Shown here: piece by piece, positions 53,171 to 64,000 of the stretch
Layout: every line of letters begins with the position of its first letter
Numbering within the stretch: position 1 is the stretch's first letter
Assembly: GCA_951406725.2 (NCBI GenBank)
Contig: OX597832.1
Coordinates: 27,032,001 to 27,096,000 of the forward strand
DNA from: Octopus vulgaris
Lineage: Eukaryota
Direction: 5' to 3'
Length of the DNA: 64,000 bases
Position numbers and translations under genes: made by a program
The notes under the pieces: generated by a model
Told to the model about the DNA's origin: nothing
Databases searched by the model: none
What the model saw: the letters and a program-made list of their open reading frames with translations, nothing else

Positions 53171-56100
53171 GCCCACTCCATCCCCTCCCACCAAAAACAA
53201 TAATCTTATTGTTCTTGTGATCTTGCTAGCCAACCACATGGTTCCGGGTTCAGTCCCACTATGTGGCATCTTGGGCACGTGTCTTCTGCTATAGCCCCGG
53301 GCCGACCAAAGCCTTGTGAGTGGATTTGGTAGACGGAAACTGAAAGAATCCTGTATATGTGTATATATGTATGTGTGTGGGTATATGTTTGTGTGTCTGT
53401 GTTTGTCCCCCTAGCATCGCTTGACAACCGTTGCTGGTGTGTTTACGTCACTTAGCGGTTCAGCAAAAGAGACCGATAGAATAAGTACTGGGCTTACAAA
53501 GAACAAGTCCCAGGGTCGATTTGCTTGACTAAAGGCGGTGCTCCAGCATGGCCGCAGTCAAATGACTGAAACAAGTAAAAGAGTAATGCTTCCATACCTC
53601 TGGTACTTGGAGCCCCATGATCCATAAAAGTTAAGTTTAGGTGTTGCAAGGGGCACTGCACCCTTTCCCAACATTTGTAGCCTTTTACCCATCAATGTGG
53701 GGACTCCACACTCATTGCAAGTCATATTACACGGTTGGCAAATGCATGAACATCACAACATCTCCCCACTTCCTGTAAGATGTATCAACATTGGACATTG
53801 TTTAGAATTGAGTTTCCTGTCCAGTGACAGTATTCTAGGGTGGATGGGTGTGATGTAGGTGAGACAGCCTCTCCCTCTCTCTCTCTTCCAAATTAATCAC
53901 CCCCTCTGGGTTGCTGTGGTGGTGATGGTTGGTGACTCATTGCTATGGCTCAATAAATTCTTCATTGTCTGTTTGGTTGGTGCCTGTCTTTGTTTCTGGG
54001 GCCTTTTATACTTTTGTTCTGGTCACACTTCATAGGGGACAGTAGACCAACTGAACCCTAGGGAAATGGTTATGATGTGTATTTGGCCAAAAAAAAAAAA
54101 TAATAATAATAATACAAATAATAATAAATGCTGGAATATATATTATGCCATAATATTCCACTGTATGGGTGGTAGTCTGTCATGGTGTGTTGGTGTTGTA
54201 GTAGTAATGTCAGTGGCATGTTAGTGATATTGGGTTTTAAAAGTATCTGTAGTTGTGATGGGGTTAGTCTGTTATAGTGATGGGATTGTTGTGTTGGGGG
54301 TGGAGTATATTTTGGGAATCGGACTAAATAACACCACCTGACCCCCAACCTCTCACCTTCCATCTTCTGCTTAATTAATACACATTATTGTAGATGGGTG
54401 TGTAGTGCATGCAAATATATGTGTGTATGTTGGGATGTGAATTTGCTGTAAAAAGCCTGTTTGTCTGGAGTAGTCATTGATGAACTTTGAACTATTGCAT
54501 TACAATATGTCTTTGTTTTACATCTGTCTGTCTGTTTGTCTAGTTAGGCTGCTCTGTGCCACATAACCGGGTGTTGTTTAATCCAAAGTCACTTCTTAGT
54601 CAAGCTGGCCGACTGTTGTACACTCACCTATTGTTACAGTCTTGAACCCAGGTGAGCACCCTGTGTCAATCTGTTCCGTGCTACACAGCCAGTTGCTGTT
54701 TAGCCCCAGGTCAGCTCCCAGACAGGCTGACTCTATGTCATACATATTATTATTATTAAGGCGGCGAGCTGGCAGAATCATTAGCGCGCCGGACGAAATG
54801 CTTAGCGGTATTTCGTCAGCCACTACGTTCTGAGTTCAAATTCCGCCGAGGTCAACTTTGCCTTTCATCCTTTTGGGGTCGATTAAATAAGTACCAGTTA
54901 CGCACTGGGGTCGATATAATCGACTTAATCTGTTTGTCTGTCCTTGTTTGTCCTCTCTGTGTTTAACCCCTTGTGGGTAGTAAAGAAATAGAAATAGGTA
55001 TTTCACCCATTGCTGTGTTCTGAGTTCAAATTCCACTGAGGTCAACTTTACATTTCCTCTTTCCGGGGTCGATAAAATAAGTACCAATTGAATACTAGGG
55101 TTGATGTAATTGACTCAGCCCCTTCTCTCAAAATCGTTGCCCTTGTGGAAAAATTTGAAACTATTATCATTATTATTATTGAGTGAGAGAGTAGTGCATG
55201 CCATCAAAGTGACAATTGGGTAAAATATACAAAGCCCAGACACATGCATCACAACAATATGTGTGCGACATGGTGATTTCATACCAAGATAAACAGCGCA
55301 TGACCTTGCAGGTGGGGCCCAGTTCGAATTTTTTTCAGGTTAGAATTTCCATCCAGCTCAAAAGGTCCCTGAATAAGGGTTGTTTAACCCTTTCATTACC
55401 AACCTGGTTGAAACCGGCTCTGGTTCTGAGTACAAATGTCTTGTTTTCATAAGTTTTGAATTAAAATCTTCCACCAAACCTTATTCACAATTAATGTTCC
55501 TAAAACTAGCTGAATGATAACCAAATTATTTTATAAATTCTTTGTTATGTGTAAAGTAATTGAAAGAAACACAGAGCATCTCAAAATAAATACAGTAATG
55601 AAAGGGGTAACGATGTTGAACAAGACACCCATGTTTCCAGAAGTGAATTATCCAAACCCTAAAGAATTCCTCTCAACACATGGCTATGATGCTCCCCCAC
55701 TACTTCTGCTCGTGATCAGAGATGCACATATCGTCAGCCACTAAGGGACATGCTCAACTGGTTAAGGTCAAACAACTGACAAGCAAATCTGTGGTACTGA
55801 GCAGAATATTTGCTGAATATTTATCATTGTTATTAAAAAAGATGGCGAGCTGCCTGTTTTCCATGCTGGCATGGGTTGGACAGTTTGACTGAGGTCTGGA
55901 GAGCCAGCAGCTGCACCAGGCACCAATCTGATCTGTCATTGGTTCTACAGCTGGATGCTCTTCCTGACACCAACCACTCCAAGAGTGTAGTGGGTGCTTT
56001 TTACATGCCATCACTGACCAGTGTCCGAATAACTAGACTCATCTAGTTATTCTACAGACGAGACTTTTATCAGATGACGTACACATTCAGTTTGAAGATG

Positions 56101-56272
56101 GTGATGTGCTGTGTGGGTTGGGAGGAATTTAGCTGTTCTTTCTAGCAGGACAAGGATCCACATGCAGGTATCCTAGTTGGTGGTGACTGTAGTGGAAATA
56201 TAAGTGGCTGTAGTAGTAGTAGTGTTGTTATTGACAATGTTTCAATTTAAACAACTGGCAATGATCTTATTG

Positions 56273-56309
<37 letters not shown>

Positions 56310-59300
56310 GCCTACACTTGGACACATCTTTAATATGTTAGAGGTCAGTGTTAAAATGAATAAAAGGTCAGTCAGTCTTGTCTGTCATCAATAAAAAAAA
56401 CAAAACAATGACACCTTTCTCTTGGTGAATGGTAAATTCTACAGATGAGACTTTTTATTCACCAGAACTCTTTACGTGTGTGTGTGAGGGAGAGAGAAAG
56501 TTTTGTCTGTCTTTGTGTGTGTGTGTGTGTGATTTAGTTGTGTCCCTGTATGTTCTGAGTTTGAATCTTGTGTGATTAAATTTTTACCTGCCATCAACTA
56601 CCTGTTACCTGTACAACCACAACAATAATTAAGAGAGAGAGAGAGAGACAGACAGAAGTAAATTAAGCTGAAAATGATGAATCTGTTTGGACAACCACCA
56701 CCCACATAGTTGATTGACCTGCTAGAAATAATAGCCATATATCCTCATATTATTGCTTGTTATCTTAATCTTTTAACATTCGGATTACTCTGTCCAATGT
56801 AATGCCTTTTTTTTTATTTGTGTTGTTTTGAATTAATCCTGGATAATCCCATAGCTTCAAGATTTCTATGTGATTGTTTATTTTTCGGATGACATTGTTG
56901 GGTAGGTGTAAGAGGCTGGAGCTGGCTGGTTTGAACATAACCCAAGTGGATGAGATATGAGTGTTTTAAAGCTAAAAGGTTAAAAGAAAAAAACCTGAAG
57001 ACAATATTTGATTATATAATCCAAGGACGTAAAAGAAAATGACAGGATGGTCACAGCTGGACCGCTTCTGATCATAGGACTGCTGGATCGAGGTAACCTA
57101 TGCCTATGCAACAACAATAACGATGGAACGAGGAGGAAGAATTTCTCACCTTTCCAACTCCTTCTGTTTCTTCCTTTCCAGTTTTGCTGCTAACATTCGG
57201 GTCAACATGGTTTCGGTCTTCGGCTCTAGTCACCGACACAACAGGTTCGATCTTCGTACACAGGAAAAAATGTGACCTTTTGAGACGTGGGTCGAGATGC
57301 TTTTCACAGTGTCAACCTTTGCTGGTTCAAATCCTACTGTGTGTGTGTGTTTTTTTTTTTTTTTTTTTTTGTCACTCCCTCCAGTTGACCTGTGTTGGTG
57401 ACCGATCCTGCATGTACCGGTTATATTGTCATATTAGGACAGCAGCCAGTCACTTCTAAGAATTTACTTATTATTATTTGGCCATTTAAAAAAAAAAACT
57501 GTTGCTCATTGCAGCAGTGTTGTTGTTTTAGAACCTGTAGCTGTTAAAGATCCATTGACCGGTTTCCAAATCACCAGGCTGTACTTCAAGAATGGTCTGT
57601 GTGTTTGTTGCTAGAGTTGTTGTTAGTGTGACTGTTGTGAAGAAACACAAGCTGGGTCACCTTACTTGCAGCTGCTGTCTATCTGGCCATCACTGACCGA
57701 TGTCCGAATAACTAGACTTTGTTTTTTTTTCTCTTTTTTTTAAGAGGATACTGTGTATGTTTGTGGTTGTTATGGCTATTGTTGTTGTGGCTTCATTCCA
57801 AAGGTAAAGATCCAATGACCGCTGTCTGAATAACCAGACTACATTCAGAGAATGATGTCTGTCTGTCTGTTATTGTAGCCTTATTAACGAAACGAAGGTT
57901 GGGTCCTCTTATTCATAACTCTTGACCATCCAACATCCCCAAACACAGGATATTATTGTTGTTTATCGTTATTTGTCAAACTACTTAGCATTTTTTTATC
58001 AAGATTTCCTTCAAACCAATCCTGGATTCTGTGTTCCTGTTCCTGTTGTTGTTCTTGTTTAGCCCCAGGTTAGCCTTGATAGGTTAGTAAAACACTTTCC
58101 AGCTATAACTAACCTATCTTGTTAGTAGGAATAGGATCCCTCGGAATACATTATCCAATGTGTCTGTTCTTCGCCATACTCATTCCCCCCCCATTATTGG
58201 ATGGGTTCCAAAAGAAATTTAGCTGCTGTTTCTTGCAAGCTGACCAATGTTCCCGTAATTATGCAGCTGTAAGTCAGTCCTGATTGGACAGGGTTATTGG
58301 TCAAAGACATTCCAAATGTGACCATTTGGTCTTTTGTACATCAACAACCCTATTGTCCAGTCTCCATTTTTAAGTCGGTTGTGTTTGATTTGAGGGAGAT
58401 TTGGCTGTTATTTCCAGCAACTTAAGCCACCACTGATTAAAATCTTGTTATAACTTTGAAAGTGATTATGGTGTGTGTGTGTGTGTGTATGAGCACACGT
58501 GTGTGTGTGTATTGTTGTGGTATGTATATCCTTTGTATGTTTTTGGTTGTTTCATTGTTGTTTTTGTTTGATTGTCCTTGTTGTTGCTCCCCCCCCCACT
58601 TTAATTTGTTTAATGAAACTCTTTTTCTCTCTCTCTCTCTCTCACTTTGGGTGTGTTTATTAACATCTGTAAGTGTTTCTTCTTTCTACACGTGTGTGTG
58701 TGTATGTGTGTGTAATGTTGTATGTGTGTATCTGAGTGTCTTTCTGTCTGTATGTGTATTGCTTTATGAGTGTGTGTGTGAGTGTATTAATGTGTATGCA
58801 GATCTTTTGTCTTGTTTCAGTCATTAGACTGCAGCCATGCTGGAGCACCTTAAAAAATTTTAGTTGAATTAATCCCAAGACTTATTGTTTTGTGAGTGGA
58901 TGTGGTTGTCGGAAACTGAATGAAGTCCATCGTATCATCATCATCATTGTTTAACGTCCGCTTTCCATGCTAGCATGGGTTGGGCGATTTTGACTGAGGA
59001 CTGGCGAACCAGATGGTTGCACCAGGCTCCAGCCTTGATCTGGCAGAGTTTCTACAGCTGGATGCTGTTCCTAGCGCCAACCACTCCGAGAGTGTAGTGG
59101 GTGCCTTTTACGTGCCACCGGCACGGAGGCCAGTCAGGTGGTACTGGCAATGACCTCGCTCAAATCTTTTTACACATGCCACCGGCACAGGTGCCAGTAA
59201 GGCGACATCGGTATCGATCATGCTCAAATGGTGCCCTCTTACATGCCACGGCACGGGGGCCAGTCAGGCAGTACTAGCAATGACCTCACTCGAATCTTTT

Positions 59301-59517
59301 TACAGCTCGATATATATATATATGTATGTATTTGTGTCTGTGTTTGTCCCCACCACCATCGCTTGACAACTCAACTTAGTGGTTCAGCAAAAGAGACTGA
59401 TAGAATAAGTACTAGGCTTACAAAAGAATGTCCTGGGGTTGGTTTGTTCGACTAAAGGTCATGCTCCAGCATGGCCACAGTCAAATGACTGAAACAAGTA
59501 TAACATTAAAAGAATAT

Positions 59518-59900
59518 ATGTGGCTGTGTGGCAAGATGCTTGCTTACTAACCACATGGTCACCAGTTCAAGTCCACTGTGTATCACCTTGGGCAAGTGTC
59601 TTGGGCTTACCAAAACCTTGTGAGTGGATTTGCTAGATGGAAACTGAAAGAAGCTTGTTGCATGTATGTATAGTGTGTGTGTGTGTGTCACTGAGTCTGT
59701 GTTTGTCTCCAACCACCGCTTGACAACCAGTGTTGGTGTGTTTATGTCCCTGTGACTTAGCAGTTCAGCAAAAGAGGCCTATAGAATAAGTACCAGGCTT
59801 TACCAAAAAACAAAAAAAAAGTAGAGGTCAATTCATTCAGCTGAAATTCTTCAAGGCATTGCCCCAACATGGCCACAGTCTATTAACTGAAACAAGTAAA
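59518..59900 (+). mobile_element. SINE family 1 copy just upstream of PSMG3 exon 2
   Basis: Matches 14174-14587. Confidence 0.88.
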
Positions 59901-59996
59901 ATATCCACCACACCCTCCCATACACAGACATAAAGAGAACTATTAATTATTATTATTACCATTAATTATTAATTATTATTCTGACCGTTCTTGCAG

Positions 59997-60098
59997 GCAT
60001 CAGCTGAAATCAATGGCAACCAGACAGAAGTGGTGTGCAGCTCCTACGAGGATTACATCTTCCTGATAGTCACACAATACATGAAGATTGGAACATTG
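59997..60098 (+). CDS. PSMG3: PSMG3 coding exon 2 (ASAEINGNQTEVVCSSYEDYIFLIVTQYMKIGTL)
   Basis: ttcttgcag| acceptor, |gtaagt donor, 102 nt; matches PAC3 motif T-x-VVC...VTQ-x-x-K-x-GTL. Confidence 0.95.
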
Positions 60099-60308
60099 GT
60101 AAGTATCTGTTTCTCATGTCATCAGCACCCCTATTTTGAAGGGCTCCGTTATGTCCACACTGTTCTTCCCCAACACCCACGGGAGGCTAATTGCACTATT
60201 GGTGCACTTCATTAAATGTAAATAGGGTTAATGTCTTTAGACAACTCTGTATTGCACCTAAAAGGAAGTGTCTGTAGTTGTGTGTTCTGTATTATTATTA
60301 TTATTACT

Positions 60309-60562
60309 TTTCGTTTCTGGATTTGGTTTGCAAGATTCCTTATGTGAGTTCGTGTGTTGAAACATATTCTGTTGTGTCTGGGGAGAGTCATTTTCTTTTT
60401 GTGCCTTATAATGTAACACACTCACCGGTAAAATTTCCACTTATTTCTTATTTTTATTTTCCTAAAATTTTCATTGCGTCTTGCAACCTTTTCAATAATC
60501 TTGACTCTATCCATTCCTTATAAGGCACAAAAAAAAAATGACTCTCCCCAGACACAACAGAA
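60309..60562 (-). mobile_element. Penelope-like family B copy 4 in PSMG3 intron 2
   Basis: Tail, body and hammerhead motif, then an inverted segment ending ...GACACAACAGAA; sits in a (TTA)n tract. Confidence 0.78.
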
Positions 60563-61563
60563 TTATTATTCTTTTCTACTCTAGGCACAAGGCTCGAAAT
60601 TTCTGGGGAGGGGGCCAGTCAATTAGATCGACCCCAGTATGCAACTGGTACTTAATTTATCGACCCCAAAAGGATGAAAGGCAAAGTTGACCTTATCAGG
60701 ATTTGACCCCAGAACGTAAAGACAAATGAAATATCATTAAGCATTTCTCTTGGTATGCTAACGATTCTGCCAGCTCGCTGTCTTATTATTATTATTATGA
60801 CTGGGCTCCAACTCCAGTTTGAGCCAGATGGCTGCACCAGGCTCCAATCCGATCTGGCAAAGTTTCTACAGCTGGATGCCCTTCCTAACACCAACCACTC
60901 CGAGAGTGTAGTGGGTGCTTTTACATGCTACCGGCATGAGGGTAAGTCAGGCAGTACTGGCAACGACTACACTCAAACGGTGTTTTTTACATGCCCCCTG
61001 CAAGGGAGCCAGTCTAGCGGCTCTGGCAGCGACCATGCTTGAATGTTGTTTTTCACATGCCACTAAGGCAATGCTGGCAATGGTCACGCTCGAATTGTGC
61101 TTTTTACATGCCACCGGGCATGGGAGCCAGTCAGCGGTCCTGGCAGCGATCACACTTGGATGCTGCTTTTAATGTTTCACAGGTATGAATGCTAATCAGG
61201 TGGTACTCTCATAGGCCATGTCAGCAATTTTGATTTTGATTTCATTTGCCTCAACAGGTCTTCACAAGCAAAGTTTATTGTCCAATGAATGAAGGGTACT
61301 CATAAGTGGGCTGGTTACACCCACTGGCATAGGTCACGGGTTATGGTCTCACTTGGCTTGTCGGGTCTTCTCAAGCACAGCATATCTCCAAAGGTCACTG
61401 GTCATTGTAAAATCTTATTTAATTTTACTTTACTTCAGTCCTTCCACAATCTTCTCTCCCACCTCTCGTACTCCTCTCAGTTACCCCACTTCCATTTATA
61501 ATTAACTCCTCTAATGATTAGATCCAGCTGCTTGACTAACGTACTTTCTCTTTATCCCAACAG

Positions 61564-61644
61564 ATTCGACTTTCTCCAGAGAATGTGGTCGATTCACAGA
61601 GAAACCCTTTTGTCTCATCGAAAGTTTTACTGGGAAAAGATGAG
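61564..61644 (+). CDS. PSMG3: PSMG3 coding exon 3 (IRLSPENVVDSQRNPFVSSKVLLGKDE)
   Basis: Polypyrimidine tract + caacag| acceptor, GAG|gtaaga donor, 81 nt; KVLLGKDE matches PAC3 KVLLGQDE. Confidence 0.95.
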
Positions 61645-61872
61645 GTAAGAACTCTCACCTTAGACATTCTTTATGTTACCCTCCTTTGTATAGAGCAGGG
61701 ATTCTCAACCCTTTTTTCACTTATTAACCCCTCTTGGCCCCTTTGATTCTTTTTTTTTTTCATGTGGACCCTCGTAGCCATTCTATGTTTTAAAAAAAAA
61801 TCATGCTACCATTTTATAATTAAATATTAGGGAGTGTATAAAAAGAAAATTGCTAAAGTATTTTGCGTAATC

Positions 61873-62236
61873 TCTTTTACTTGTTTCAGTCATTTGACTG
61901 TGGCCATGCTGGAGCACCGCCTTTAGTTGAGCAAATCTACCCCAGTACTTATTCTATCGGTCTCTTTTGCCGAACCGCTAAGTTACGGGGATATAACACA
62001 CCAGCATCGGTTGTCAGGCGATGTTGGGGTGGGGGGGACAAACACAGACATACAAACATATACACACATACATATATACGATGGGCTTCTTTCAGTTTCT
62101 GTCTACCAAATCCACTCACAAGGCTTTGGTCTGCCCGAGGCTATAGTAGAAGACACTTGCCCAAGGTGCCACGCAGTTGGACTGAACTGGGAACCATGTG
62201 GTTGGTAAGCAAGCTACTTACCACACAGCCACTCCA
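61873..62236 (-). mobile_element. SINE family 1 copy downstream of PSMG3 exon 3, inside a hAT-like MITE (~61696-62305)
   Basis: Reverse complement of family 1; host ends CAGGGATTCTCAACC ... GCTGAAAACCCC. Confidence 0.85.
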
Positions 62237-63027
62237 AAGTATAACTAATTTGTGACATACATTTTAAGAACAAAATCTCGTCTGGACCCCAGCTGAAAAC
62301 CCCCAATACAGAGAAGTTAAATCTGATTCTTTAGTTGTTATTATAAAACCATTTTATCCAGAGTAGTTGATATCCAAATCTGTTGGACAAAATATCCTGT
62401 CTGGTAGTAATTACATCCCTTTGTGTTCACCAATCATTGGTTAGTGACAGGAAGGGCATCCAGTTGCATAAAAAAAAAAGCCCCTCACCAATATGACATT
62501 TGCAATAACAAACATTGGTAGCTTTGTGAGAGCCATCTAACTGGGGCCAGCATGGAAATGCTACAGTAGAATAAGGAGTTCAAATCCCACTTGGGCTGAA
62601 GTTTCCTTTTCATCCTTCAGTAGATTGATAAAAATAAGGACTAGGTTGATACTTTAGGGTCCATTTTAATCAACTTGTCTTTTTCTGGTCTTCATCATCG
62701 TTTAACGTCCGTTTTCCGCGCTAGCACGGGTTGGACAGTTCGACCGGGGTCTGAGAAGCCAGGGGCTGCACCAGGGCTGATCTGGCAGAGTTTCTACAGC
62801 TGGATGCCCTTCCTGACGCCAACTACTCCATCAGTGTAGTGGGTGCTTTTTACGTGCCACCTGCACAGGTGCCAAGGGGGTCTGGCATCGGCCACGATCG
62901 GCTGCAAAAGCATTTGTATTAATGATGGAAGATTTTTCTGTTTTGACCTTGTAATAACATTATAAGCCATTATAAAGGATTTGTTTTAATATTTTATTTA
63001 TTTATTTTTGTTTTTTTCTGTTGGCAG

Positions 63028-63174
63028 CCAATGACCCATGTTTTGGCCAAGAACATTCAGATGAGCATGTCAACATCGAAACCGGTTTTATTGTCTCTCG
63101 CTATGAAGGACACCTCGCGTGAAACACTTACAGAAGTGATCAAACTGGTACAGCAATGTAAAGTATGGAGTTAA
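63028..63174 (+). CDS. PSMG3: PSMG3 terminal coding exon 4 (PMTHVLAKNIQMSMSTSKPVLLSLAMKDTSRETLTEVIKLVQQCKVWS*)
   Basis: T-rich tract + ggcag| acceptor, TAA at 63172-63174; HVLAKN, VLLSLAMKD and C-x-VW match the PAC3 C-terminus; total 130 aa. Confidence 0.95.
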   Translation, partial: PMTHVLAKNIQMSMSTSKPVLLSLAMKDTSRETLTEVIKLVQQCKVWS

Positions 63175-63334
63175 CAGAGTTGAGAAGAAGGAGGAGGAAA
63201 GGTGCTGTCTGCTTGTGTGTCTACGATGCTGGAGGGAATGCTGCTTTAATCACATTTTCTCCTTTGGGAAAATAGAAAAAGAAAAACTTCACCAAATGAT
63301 CCATTTACACGTGGAGGTTGAATGACAGTGGAAT

Positions 63335-63440
63335 TAAATTCAATCGCCAAATGGAAAATTCTGGAGCGATGCAAACCCGACATAAACGGTACTACAAGAT
63401 GCAATTTATGTAATTCTGAAAGAAACCCCCGAAAGAACTT
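63335..63440 (+). mobile_element. Fragment resembling the C-terminal GIY-YIG region of Penelope-like ORFs
   Basis: Translation WKILERCKPDINGTTRCNLCNSER resembles the recalled W-x-I-L...C-x-L-C-x-x-E-K motif. Confidence 0.5.
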
Positions 63441-64000
63441 TAATCTAAAACAACCAAAACTGTTATTTAATTTCACTATCAGTATTTCTTATGTGCAACA
63501 CACACTGGATGTAGACATCATACAAGCATCATCTCAAATATGTCCCTTATGGAAGGTCTTTGATAGCCATCTCAGAAACTTGCTGTAAACATGAGATTTA
63601 ACACCGGGGAATTAGTCTGATGCAGCTCCCCAGCTCTGGTCAAACTGTCCAACTCATGCCACCATGGACAACAGACGTTAAATGATGATAACTTCAATGT
63701 GTGTTTTCTCAAGATTTAATGTCTTATGTTCCCTGCTGGCCTGGGTTGGAGGGTTTTCTTGGATTTTTAATGAATCAAGGACTGCAGTGTTTGCTTTGGC
63801 ATGGTTTCTATGACTGGACGTCCTTCCTAATATGCCAACCACTTTATAGTGGGTTCCGGGTGCTTCTTGCCAACTGAGGTTGTCATGCAGCTCACCAGAT
63901 TATAGATTGCAATGGTAGTGGCGGGGTCAGCTTTATGTTGGGAATTTAAGGGATACAGTTGGAGAAAGAGGAGGGGAAGAGCAGGTCCTTATTGTAGAGC

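Overview
Repeat-dense animal genomic DNA. The SINE/RTE repertoire and the microsatellite load suggest an octopus-like cephalopod (inference, not database-checked). One complete protein-coding gene is supported: a 4-exon PSMG3 (proteasome assembly chaperone 3) on + at 50474-63174, 130 aa, all introns phase-0 GT-AG, with an ETS-motif/CpG-rich promoter. The left 43 kb looks like long introns or 5' region of an unidentified minus-strand gene; only candidate non-coding exons are visible. Nearly all ORF-track entries are microsatellite or SINE artefacts. The window also holds tRNA-derived SINEs, RTE-clade LINE fragments (one with a PHD finger inside the RT region), DNA-transposon MITEs and a U6 pseudogene abutting a SINE head. 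The strongest signal is a set of short Penelope-like (PLE) 'inverted repeat + 3' tail' insertions, several with 10-12 bp TSDs. They carry minimal hammerhead ribozyme motifs, and three different families use three different Watson-Crick 3:8 core pairs (C-G, U-A, G-C) in the same architecture. Repeat boundaries were read by eye and are approximate unless a TSD is given.
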